A stretch of DNA of 62,776 bases, filler included, from Sphacelaria rigidula (lineage: Eukaryota): NCBI GenBank assembly GCA_964200075.2. It is 10 parts of 10 records of this genome, joined end to end, with 100 filler letters (N's around TTAATTAATTAA, not from the genome) between each part and the next. Parts side by side here need not be neighbours in the genome. Positions count along the whole stretch, not along the records: positions 18,865 to 25,052 come from CAXNAA020021641.1; positions 25,153 to 31,340 come from CAXNAA020021642.1; positions 31,441 to 37,628 come from CAXNAA020021643.1; 7 more parts are not named here. The stretch is one strand, 5' to 3'. A program made the translations under genes and the position numbers. Each line of letters starts with the position of its first letter. Position 1 is the stretch's first letter. Positions 21,001 to 32,411 of this stretch are shown here, one piece after another. A model generated the notes under the pieces. The model was not told the DNA's origin, made no database searches, and was given only the letters and a program-made list of their open reading frames with translations.

Positions 21001-24000
21001 GTGAGCCAGGGTGCTTTCAGATCGATTATGTTGGCACTTCAGGGCGTTGTACCCTGTTTACTCTCCACCCCTCTCGTTGACTTGTGGGAAATGGTCCAGC
21101 AGTGAAGACAGCGACGGCGGGCAGCACGTCAGTAGCCTCTCCCCATCGCCGTTCCCTCCCTTGGTCATCTAGCACCGCTGTTGCATTCGCACAGAAACGG
21201 CCTCTTCGCGCATGTCGTCGGCGGTAATCGCGTTCCTGGTGGGTTTCTGCTTGAATAGCACATGTATATATTGAAGAGCTGTCATATAGGGGCGTGCACC
21301 CTTGTGATTTGTGCATCGTTTCTCGAGAACAGCCATCACAGGGATGCTCAAGTGTTGAAGGCGATAAAAAATTCCGTCATTTTCCCACGCGACTCACGCC
21401 TCATGAGCATCTGTCTCCCAACGTCGACTCCTGTGCTTGATCCTGTTTTCACGACGGTTGGGCAAGTGGGCGAATTCTCACGAACCCACGCGAATTCAAA
21501 TCAACCCTCCGCCCCCTCTGCCCCCTCAGGTGTCTACATGGTACGGATCACCTCCAAGTGGGCACAGCACAAGCCGGGTACACCTCAAGCGTGTCGCCAA
21601 TCCTCACCGTGATTGCAGCAGGGGTGGCCATCGGCGCAATGATTGTGGCTGCCGACTGGCCAACACCGTCGCTTTTTGGTCAGCGTGGTGGTGGTTGCAG
21701 TGGGGGCATGAGGTGGCGAGCCGGCAGGACGTGAAACCTGGCGGAACTTGTTTTCAGTGTCAAAAGGCTCACGTGTATATATACCTCCTCTGTCCCATAA
21801 GTCTGGTCGGTTATGGGCGGTTGTTTGTTTGGGTGCAACGGTGTTGACAATGACCTAATAATTGGGTTCTATAGAAACATCAAACGCATACGAAGCTGGT
21901 GAAGAGAACAAATAACCTCGTTTTCAATACAAACATCAGGTCAGAAAATACCCTCTTTTGGCCTTTTTTTGATAATTCTTTTAAGAATTTTTGTGACAAT
22001 TATTTTGAGTAATGGTGTTGAACATCCCACACCTAGCCCACAGACATCACAATACGATGGATTTGCCCCCGAGTACACAACCCCACACACCCCACCCCCC
22101 CCTACCCNNNNNNNNNNCCCCCCCCCCCTCTACTTTTTTTTTTTTTCCCCCCCCTCCCCCCCCCCCCCCCCCCCCCTCGCCGAAGGGGTGCCGAGCTGCA
22201 ATTGGGTCGCCGCTATGTGACTGTGATGGAGGTTGCAATCGCTATTCCACCGGCAAGGTGAGGGTGCCCAAGGGCTCGCTGGGGCCAATTTTTTGCCCCT
22301 GCGCATGGGGCGAAACACGGTCATTTTGGTCCGACTGATTTTTTTGCGGCCGATCGGCCGCATAGTTCAACAGCGAGCTAGAAAGAGAAAATATATGCTT
22401 CCAACTAAAAAACAGCGGAGAACTCGAAAAATGCATCGAAAAACAGATCGAACACGGGTAAGGGCTCGTACAAATATAACCGACTAGAGTTATGGGTCAG
22501 AGGAAGTATATATACTTCACGTGCGTCGCCTTGATGGTCACGTAATTCTAATGGTGACGGCGCCTCGCGTGTAGGGGACAGGGCTATTGGAAGGCATGTC
22601 CATAATTGAGTTGCGCACTAACACATGTCGGCGCAAGGAACACGGTTCGATCCACCCACATTTCAATACTCAGCATGCCGCCAGCGATGACATCCGTCTG
22701 CAGGTCTTTGTTCATGTTGGAGGGGGGCACGGTTGATTTGGGACAAATCTACCTGCCACTGTACAGGACATGGTGTGCTAGAGCCTGCCCCTTGTGCCGT
22801 ACGCCAAAATGCTGACTGATGACAGCACACCGAGGCCTGTAGCGTAGGATATATCGAGAGACAAAACCACCGTTTCTCTCTCTTGGTTTGGCACCGCTGC
22901 TAGTCTCAACCGTCGTTTGGAACAATATCGTCTTTCCATCTTCTGTTTGCAAGCTTCAACAAACAAAACTTGTTCAAGTTACCGGCGATGGAATTGATCG
23001 GCGGCTCTATGCCCCAAATCGATTTCCGACCCGTTCCGCAAACGATATTTTGTTTCTGATCTCTCGAGCACGTTGCTAGACGCAAGGCCACATTCATGAA
23101 ACCAGGACGAGATGAACACAAGTAGGAAGGCATGCAAGACCAGAAAGACAGGTAGAAAGACACAGTCACGAGGGAAGGACACCACAGTCAGCAAGCAGCA
23201 GCAGCAGCAGCAGAGAATGTCAGGCAGGTCACATCGGAACCCCATCGTCACACACAAACGACGCATGCAATTCGCGACAGAAATCTGCAAGGAGTACACC
23301 TTGGAAATAACAGCGATCCGCACATTGCTACAGTTCGAGCACATGAGATGACCATCGCCAAACATCGTGGGTAATCAAGCGGATAACAATCCTAAGAAGC
23401 AACCTCGCGGCAGCCACATTCCCACATCCATCGTGTGCGTAGACGCCTACGTGCAAACAGTCCTTTCACTTCGCGGCCTATACAGTGAACCGTCAGTGAT
23501 TTGCTCATCAATGGAGGTTACAGCCATTGAGAGATCGCGTGATAGACGAAAATGAGGCGTTCCGGCCTGAATCCAGCCGTGCTCACAAGCAAGACGTGCA
23601 CAGGCCATGTTGCATCATCGGGAAGCCCTTGCTAAGGGAACCTCAAGGAGCGGGAAACGTGGAGATGAAAGGAGGGGGGAGGGGAGGGAGGCAAACTGGC
23701 GAATATAGTACAGTATATTCTATAGCACCGCGGCTAGTTTAGGCGCCGTGCTCGTCCTTTGACGATTTTTTATTTTTCACGGAAAGTTGGGAATGGCACG
23801 ACACGGGTGTAATTCGTGCGCAAACGACGTGGCACGGGCATACGATCGCATCTCGACTCCCACCGGCGGAATACTGTTACCTTTTGTTTTTGGTGCTTAT
23901 TCCACCATGGCTCGATTCCTTGAACACATTACTTCGATCCCTCCAACCCGTGGTCACGGGGGGCAAGGATCGAGCATACCACGCATAACCAGAGTTGACA

Positions 24001-24978
24001 GAGGAAGGCATTAAACAAAAACGGTACACGAGAAGAACGAGCCCGAAAAACCGATCGAACTACAAGAAACACCCCGCAAGCTGACAAAATGGCATGCGAT
24101 CTAGAAGACCAACTTGCCACCTACTACTGCTGTATATACGAGTAGTAACAGCGAGCGGAGGAATCGAAATGCCGCAGGGAACAAGAATCGACCCCTGATA
24201 GACCTAGTAATGTTGGAAAATATCCCAGGTTCAAGGAAAGGAGAAAATGGCTTCATCACCAAAACATCAACAATTAATGTAACATCAACTGACTTGACTC
24301 GACATAAAATAAGGGCCTTGGTCACCCTTTTATTAGTTCGGTGTAACTTTCCTAAGCTAATCCAAATTCGAGAAACTTAATCTTTCCGCCCGAAAATCAG
24401 ATAATTCGCCATGTACTACTTTTGAACTTTTATAGCTCTAATACTGTAGCTCTATATCGAACTTAGGACACTTCTCTTTCTCCCTCCTCTCTTAGCCCCC
24501 GAAAGCGCCGGGAAGAGAACATAGTAGGCACGTTTCTGTATACAAAGAAGATGAAGCTCAAGCACAGAAGACGACACAACGCCGAAAAAAAGGAGCGTCA
24601 AATGGGAATAAACAAAGCCGCTAAACAGTCGCAGATGCTGCCGGCAGCCGGCACCTGACGTGAATGTATCGGATGTGAAGAAGTCGGTCATGTTTTGAAA
24701 GTACCAATATGGTTTTAGAACGCATGGGGGTAAAAAAAAGGTAGGCAAGGGGCAGAGTAATAAACAGGGCTGCCTGCAAAACGTCTGACCCCTGAGCTGT
24801 AGGCAGCTGAGGTTCAGGAATCCCGGCCGGCGAATGCTTGTTCGGCCAACAACCAAGGGTCTGTCGAGATAAATTTTTCGAACACGGACCCCCCTCCTCC
24901 CCCTCCTCCCCTCCCTCCCCGGAGGACATTTTTTCGAAAGGGTCTTGCTATTTACGTCAACGTTGACGTAATCTGTTA

Positions 24979-25052
24979 CAGTAGTCAGCGTCAGAAGTAT
25001 GCAGAATCCGTGATTTTAGTTTCTCAAAGATTGTCCAAATTTGTTTTGCTTG
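24979..25052 (+). mobile_element. Terminus of a Tc1/mariner-like element at the contig end
   Basis: TA|CAGTAGTCAGCGTCAGAAGTATGCAGAATCCG..., near-identical to 62707-62776. Confidence 0.7.
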
Positions 25053-25152
25053 NNNNNNNNNNNNNNNNNNNNNNNNNNNNNNNNNNNNNNNNNNNNTTAA
25101 TTAATTAANNNNNNNNNNNNNNNNNNNNNNNNNNNNNNNNNNNNNNNNNNNN
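25053..25152. other. Artificial contig spacer
   Basis: 44N-TTAATTAATTAA-44N. Confidence 0.98.
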
Positions 25153-25209
25153 GCTCTTCCGACCCCCCCCCCCCCCCCCCCCCCCCCCCCTTCTCCTTTA
25201 TGCATCATT

Positions 25210-25965
25210 AGCCTGATGCGGCGAAAACCCGGCGTGCTCCGTCCCGGCTCTGTAAGGACGGACCCCCTAGGGGGTTGTCGTCGGTTGGCACTGACACTGT
25301 AAACCACGCCACTCACTGCGTAGGCTAGGCAACCAAGTAACCGTTTTTTTGTTTTGCGCGCTTGCGTTTTTTTTGTGGTGATGATGGTGGTGGTCGAGCT
25401 AGATCATTTTGTGTGGTGTGGGAGAACCTCGATTCTGCGCAAAGGAAATAATCATACGACGCAGTGTTCTTGAGTGGTGAGACCCCCATGAGGCAGTAGT
25501 CTGATGCTACGGTAGGGGTGCACATATATTTTCCTATATCCTTGTGCTTCTAGAATCGTTGGGAGCCCCTGAACCAGACTTGATTTTGCACAAAAAGTGC
25601 ACCCCTAATGTAGCATTGCTCAATGTGTGAGCCGTGGCTGTCTCGGGAAGTGGCGATACCAGGCAACAAAGCAACTCATTGTAGGCTGTCACCTAAATGC
25701 AAGATAATGTGGACGACTCGGGTATAACAATTTTAGCAGGATGTAGGTCACATTTCATGCGACTCGCTGAACACATCACGGCGCTTCGCGCTTGGTGATT
25801 GAATACGAGCCTGGTCCGGTGAGAACTCATCGTGCTCGAGGTCAACTGTCGTATGACTACGGCATGTATGATCATGAATACATCCCCCCGTGAATTTGTA
25901 GGGATGGATGCGAAGTCAACTGTCGTATGAGTACGGCATGCATGATCATGAGTACATCCCCCCGT
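25210..25965 (+). repeat. Dispersed ~600-bp repeat with an internal tandem module (homolog of 54440-54950 and 56220-56489)
   Basis: Colinear over several hundred bp (GTCGAGCTAGATCAT, GGAAGTGGCGATACC, CACGGCGCTTCGCGCTTGGTGATTG). Confidence 0.85.
25499..25622. mobile_element. ~125-bp mini-MITE related to family A
   Basis: TIRs ATGCTACGGTAGGGGTGCAC / GTGCACCCCTAATGTAGCAT; absent from the homologous repeat copy at ~54685. Confidence 0.75.
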
Positions 25966-26329
25966 GCATCATCAGTCTGATCTGCCTACGGGCATCTCCG
26001 TAGATGCACAACCATACTTTTTCGTATGGTACTCCTGGCCCGTCAACGCTGTACTGCTTGACTGTGCTATGCGACGACGGCAGCATGCTGCGGGGGATTG
26101 GCTCCCGCACAAAACAGCAACGACAATAACGCGCGCCGCATGCGGGACACGGATCTCTTCTTCCATGTAGCCGTCCCCCTTCCTTGGAAAGACTTTCATT
26201 CCGACCCCCCCTCCCCTTCCCCCGGCGCTGAAAAAGTCCATCCGTTTCGCGTCCCCATCTAGGGGGTCCTGGGCGGTGAAGAGAGGAGTTGTGTTGCCGT
26301 TCACCATGGTGGGCAAGAGAAAAAAACCT

Positions 26330-26373
<44 letters not shown>

Positions 26374-26379
26374 CGCGCG
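26330..26379. repeat. (GT)n(GC)n compound microsatellite
   Basis: ~50 bp of alternating purine-pyrimidine. Confidence 0.95.
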
Positions 26380-28911
26380 AATTTTCATCTTCTCTACAGC
26401 AAAATTGTTGGTATTATCTCTTCGCACATCTTTCCTCTACTCTTTTTACTGGATGCAGATCCATGTGCACCAGGGTGTGCATACGAGCAAAAAAAGATTT
26501 AAATAGAAATATCAACAAAAAGTTACTGAAAATAATAAACCACCCTACGTTCTTCGGAAAACTCGAGATAGTAACAAACGAAAAAAGTGCAGCAGAATGG
26601 AAGCTATGCCCAATTGGCCACCGCCCCCCCCCCGCCGCCACCACAAACCACTCGACACAGCTATAAATCATGACAAAACACAAGAAAAAACAGGCAGGGA
26701 AACCGACGTTCATGTAATGAATGGTTGTTTTCCGTCCGCCCTCTACAGGTAAGCATGTTGAAGCGACTCAAAAGCCACGGAATCAATCGTAACAACAATA
26801 ATAGGATGCAGCACCAAATAAAAAAAATTACCCACGTTCCGACCCTCAAAATAACATCTCCCCGACTCCTCGACGAGGTACAGTGAGCTTCCTTACGAAA
26901 AATACGCTCAAAGGAGGGCAACAGAGTAACACGACAGTGGCGACCCGAACGGGTCTCCGAATCACTGTTCCGTCCGCCTCCTCCGCTCAATTTCACGTGA
27001 ACCGAAAAGGGGACTTGTGTACGTTCCTCACCTACATTGTCCTTGACACACAAAGGCACACACACACACACACACACACACAGATAACTCTGAACTGAGA
27101 CAGGCTTTCCCGTAATCATCCATTATCGTCACAATCATCCGCCATCACGATTCTTGACTGAAGATCAAGAGAGACGTACTATTGGCGAAAAAAAAAAAAC
27201 GCTCGCATGTCGTCGTGCTCTTGTCCTCCTCGCTCTTTTCCAGATTCTTGAGTGAAGACCAAGCGTTTGGACACATCCGATCTCTATCAAAATATGTAAA
27301 TACAAACGCTTTACATGAATGGTATTATATATATACCTAGTCTAGATACGGGGTCACAAGCAATGAACGCCACCAGTACCTAGGAAGTCAAATAGGCACC
27401 TGCAGTAGTAGTAGCAGTAGTAGCAATGGTAGTATATGCTTTCCGGTGCTAGGCACCTCAAAACCGTGCTACGACTGCTATCGACCCCCGGGCAAGTTAT
27501 CAAACAAGCAAGGTCACCTACACCACTTACGTATTCCGATTTTCATACACCCCAAAAAACATGAAACTCACAAATCGAACAAGCAACCCTTCACCTCTGC
27601 CTGGGCTTACCAAGGTAAGCTGAAACGTCACCTTCCCTCTTTTACGTCCTTGTCATGGGTAAGGTATACATATATGTATATATATATGTATATGTATGCA
27701 AATGAATTGCAAATTATGTCTCCCCTCCTCCGCCCCTCCCCTCACCCCCGAAAAAAAAGAAGCAAAGAACCTCGCTCGGAGGGAGCGAGCACTAGGCACT
27801 TCAAGAAAGAACCAAGCTAACAAGCAAGCAAAAAGTGATGACACACAAGCAAACCACCCTGCCTGGCAGCGCTGTTCTATGATGGGGGCGAGCACGCTGC
27901 TCCAGCTACTACAGCAGGTGGACCGATAAAAGATTGCACCTACTGTAAAAAAAAACTGAGACAACCCTCCCACCCAGCCTGCTATACAAAACCCTGGGGA
28001 ACCAAGAGGTGCGTTTTGTTCCGCCCCAATAGTTACCCATCATCCATCTCATCCGCAGCGCTATGTGAGAGCGCGCACGTGAAATATACGGGGACTCAAA
28101 ATATATCATCCTTGTCTGCGGGCTATCGAATTGGTTCGTGTGTGTATGTATGTGTTGAGTGTCACCCAATGCACCCTTCACAGAAATCTCCCACTTCCTC
28201 TCCCCCCCCCCCTCCCCCCTCCTTCTCGCTATGACCATAACAATCTTATTCCTACTACTGGCGTGACAAATCAGCAATAATCGCGATCATAGAAACGTAC
28301 TGTCATTTGGCTCACGATGAAGAATGATCAGGAAGAATAAAGTTGGTCATAACAATCTTATCGCGCTGCCGCTTCTCCTCTATTAGGGGCACTAAACGCG
28401 CTGTCCATACACGCGTTCACATGAATGATCAACACCCATAAAACGATGTAAGTAGATGACCGCCTCACCGCTGGGCAACTAGAGAGCATGATATACATCC
28501 TACACTATATCGTTGATAGTCCTGCTGCCCCCCCCCCCCCAACCCTCCCCGTTTGTTTCCCTTACGTGGGGCACACGTTTCACCGCAGAACCATAATAGT
28601 CCCGAATTCCCCACCCACTGCGTTTCTAAACAATGGGGAGGGTAAAAGCACCGCGCAACGTACCGACATCAGCCTCTCTTTCCCTCTCCTCACCTCTCTC
28701 TCTCCCTCCCTCTCTTCGATACACTTGAACACACACAAGTTCAGCTTGATACAAAGTAAAATTCGTGAAACATAAGAAAAAAAAATAAGTCACAGCCACA
28801 TTCACACCTCACGTTCACATCCTGACATCCCCATGTACACATACACGTACCACGTACACATCCACAGCACATTTGTATACCGGTCGTTTTTTATATCTAT
28901 ATCTATCCCAA

Positions 28912-29010
28912 CCGGGGAGAGATGGGTTGATCCCTTGAGACCACGGACTCGTCTCGAGGAAGGAGAAGGGTTCAAAGTGCGACAAATAGCATTTATGAAT
29001 GTAAAAAAAA
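28912..29010 (+). mobile_element. 3' tail fragment of SINE family 1
   Basis: GGGGAGAGATGGGTTGATCCCTTGAGACCACGGACTC..GGGTTCAAAGTG. Confidence 0.8.
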
Positions 29011-29307
29011 TAGTCCGAACCCCCGAAAAAAAACGGACGCACAGGCAGTACATCAACGCGCCACGAGTGTGTCCGTGATGCTCGTTTCAATTCCAAAACA
29101 GCCCCCCCCCTCATTTTGAACACGTCTGTAATAGACGAACAAGAAAGAAAGGAATAAATCTCTTCTTCGTACACTACAACGAGGAGAGAGAAGGATACGA
29201 AGCAGAATTGCTTCTCCTCATCATTGTCTACGCCTGACAAATAACACACGGACGGGATTTTTTTCACCGGCCCATCAGGGGGGGTGGGGAATAAAAGGAC
29301 CCGCCAG

Positions 29308-29580
29308 TTCAAAAAGCTGGACCCCAACAACTCGGTCGAAGGAGGCTTTGGGCGGAAAATCACAAAAAAAGGGGACACCCCTCGTTATTCGCGCGTGCCT
29401 CATCCCAAGGAAAATGATGACTTGGCTCATTCAACACTGCTACTTCAAAAAGCTGGACCCCAATGACTCGGTCAAAGGAGGCTTTGGGCGGAAAATCACA
29501 AAAAAAAGGGGACACCCCTCGTTATTCGCGCGTGCCTCATCCCAAGGAAAATGATGACTTGGCTCATTCAACACTACTAC
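29308..29580. repeat. Tandem duplication of a 136/137-bp unit
   Basis: 29308-29443 and 29444-29580 differ at only a few positions. Confidence 0.95.
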
Positions 29581-29600
29581 ATATTACTGTATCAATCCAA

Positions 29601-30160
29601 TTAATCGAAACTGTAACTGTAGTACTCCAGCGAATAACTGCTACTCACAGGACTACTGCTCTGAGTATCATTCTCGTGTACACCCATGATCTGAGTATCA
29701 TTCAAAACCTGGCAGAAGTACGTCTCTGGTCGTCCTCCAAGCGGTATCGTTATGTCGCTTTCGTTATCGAAGCAGCCGTCACTCTCCATCTTGTAGTTGT
29801 ACAGAACTGGTACGGTGTTGCGCTGCCACAGAGTGTCGTACATCGACCCGAATCGTGACTGATTGCCAGTGATAAAGTTTGCCTGAGGTACGGCCAAAAT
29901 TAAGGGGGGGGGGGGGGGGGGGGGGGGCGAGATCAAGATCTGAGTAAGGATTGGTTGTGTGACAGGATAGAACAAGAAAAAATGAAAGCAGGCGACCGTT
30001 GTTGTTTTATACGTGGATGTGGCAGTTATATTTTCGTTTTTTTTCCGTTTTTTCCTTCCAGGTGGGTGATGAAATCAATAGAGTTTGAAAAACAAATCAC
30101 AACACCAACCGACACAACAGAATATTGTTATGACACACGCATGCATACACGCGCACGCAT

Positions 30161-30192
<32 letters not shown>

Positions 30193-31111
30193 CTCGCACA
30201 CGCCCACAATTACGTACCACGAACTTGTTCTCGTCCGCGTTGTGAAGCTTGACCGCATCAGCATCGGAAAGGAGGCGGTTGGAGTACAGCCGGTTGCGCT
30301 TAGGTCGCCCATCAGACCCAGGAACTTGCGGTTGATCCGCCCCCCTATACATGAAGATTGCGTACCGTTCGTTTTCGCCGCTCACGGTAATGTTGTTACT
30401 GTACACCAAAGAGTCTGAGGCACCCATCGACCATCGGATTCCATCTGGAGAAAAAACGCATTTTTCGGGTCGAGGGGGCAGTAATGGTGGATGGGGCGGG
30501 GGAAAGGGGTTAGGTAGTGCGTCTGCTGGATATTTGCCCTACAGAGAACGACGAGATGCAACGCTGCGGTTACAGTGTGTCTGTCCTGTGATTACTCCTC
30601 CATTATTATTCTTTCATTCCTCATGTACTCGAAGAAAGGGTAGATTTGACGGGTTTTATTAGTTCATTTACATTTACAGTATGTGTCGATTGGGCATGTG
30701 CACCATAAAGTGTGCGCACGTACGTAGTGCACGTACGAAGTGTGCGCACGTACGTAAAAAAAGGGGACAGACGGACATATCTTGCTTTGCGCCCGTGATC
30801 GACGAAAACAACCCACCGATCAGTGATTGATTCTCTCGTATGAGTGAGGGAAAAAGCTGTTTGGCCCGCGCGCACACACACACACGAAATAACACCCACT
30901 CGGAGCTCACATGTATTGCGGTACAGCACGTTCCCCGCGATCTCGGCGAAGGAGCTCTCGTACAGGGCCAAGCCCGCGTCGCCGTTGTCGTAGACGGTAT
31001 TGAACTTCACGACGGCGTGGTCGCAGCTGCGGTGAAGCATGAGCCCGTTTCTGCCGTTGTCGTGCACGATGTTGTTCTGGATCGACACGTTGTCGCACCG
31101 CTTGGATGCAA
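29601..31111 (-). CDS. Mannuronan C-5 epimerase-like (AlgG-type right-handed beta-helix) gene, 5'-partial; exons 31111-30911, 30444-30218, 29882-(29709, 29649 or stop at 29601)
   Basis: Phase-consistent exons encode IASKRCDNVSIQNNIVHDNGRNGLMLHRSCDHAVVKFNTVYDNGDAGLALYESSFAEIAGNVLYRNTYGIRWSMG..YRGADQP..GRPKRN..CFDNESD, matching brown algal MC5E C-terminal motifs (IASKRC, LHRS.D, DAGLA..ES, YGIR.S.G, GRP). Confidence 0.88.
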
Positions 31112-31340
31112 CTATTTTTGTCGTTTTGTTTCGTTGGGGTCGTTTCGGGTAGTTGTGCATTGTTGTCGTGGTCGTTGTGGTTGTCGTCGTCACCATCATT
31201 GTGGTTGTTGTTGCCAAGGGGTGAGGCAGAACAGTTTCAACACCCGAGCGCGCACGGGAGGAAGGGAGTAAGCGTGGGGAGGAGGGGGGGGGGGGGGGGG
31301 GGGTGGGTTGTGTTGGGCCGTACCGGGGAGGGGGTGCGGG

Positions 31341-31440
31341 NNNNNNNNNNNNNNNNNNNNNNNNNNNNNNNNNNNNNNNNNNNNTTAATTAATTAANNNN
31401 NNNNNNNNNNNNNNNNNNNNNNNNNNNNNNNNNNNNNNNN
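31341..31440. other. Artificial contig spacer
   Basis: 44N-TTAATTAATTAA-44N. Confidence 0.98.
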
Positions 31441-31542
31441 TCCAACTCCTAATATCGCGCCGTGCGTCGCCTGAGCGAGATTCACACCTACTCTTGGCTG
31501 GCCCAGCTCTTACTGTCTACTATATCAAGTGATACCATGCCT

Positions 31543-31568
31543 TAGAGTTAGGGTTAGGGTTAGGATTA
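31543..31568 (+). repeat. Short degenerate interstitial (TTAGGG)n
   Basis: TTAGAG TTAGGG TTAGGG TTAGGA. Confidence 0.55.
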
Positions 31569-32337
31569 CCCTTCTGATTTGGTATTGTTATTAGGGAAGG
31601 AGGGAGGGGTTATTGGTGCCAGGTGGGGAGGGGAACGGGGGATACGGCGGGCGGGAGAGCTCTTCCGTTGTTTTTAATCACACGTGATGCTTGAATATCA
31701 GCAAGAAATATTGTTTTTAGGTCCCCGTTCAGTGTTTCATCAATCTCTTTCGTGAGGTCGTAGTGTACCCCACGTCGGGTTTACCTACCAAAATATGCAG
31801 TTTACTGTCCTCCTCTTTCCCGTAATCTCAAAGTGAAAAGAAATGTGTGCTCACCTCGCCCGTAACACCATTTTGTGCGAATCGTGCCGCTTTCGTGTAA
31901 GCTTTGGGGGGTAGCTTGCGATGGCCGCCTACACCCGGAAAGAAGACAGGAGGCGTGTTTGACGGCCGCGAGCTGGTGCTGGACGCAGGGTCTTTGAGAA
32001 GGAAACCCCCGACAGGGTCCCAGGTGCGGGGGAGGGGAGGGAAGTCCGGGTAATAACCTTTCCACTGAGTGGGTGTCTAGCTTTTTGATGGAAAGTGAGA
32101 GCCCAAAGAAATCGGAAATCCTAATAAGTTTATCGACCGGTGAGTTCTTGGCGAATACTGCACGAAGCTAGTCGAGGAGCGGCTCGAATGAAACCTCTTC
32201 TTCATGAGACAAGTTCCATGTACATTTTTGTTGCGTTGACCTCGTCAATTACAAGAATTCTAAAACCCCAGATTTCCATAAATGGTCGGTTAATGCCTGA
32301 AACAGTTTCACTGCCGACATGCCCCCCAGTCATTACG

Positions 32338-32411
32338 CTCCGTCTCGAAAAGGATGCGTGGTCAATGGTCAAACGACTGAGGCAAGCACCAAATGAGTAC
32401 CCCCCCCCCCC
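32338..32411 (+). repeat. Dispersed ~65-bp module with a poly-C tract
   Basis: Matches 12378-12441 and 18690-18764. Confidence 0.85.

Noticed and set aside
18909..31111. UGT plus epimerase as a carbohydrate gene cluster
   Set aside because: They lie on different, unlinked contigs
31543..31568. True telomere
   Set aside because: Only about four degenerate units, and internal to the contig
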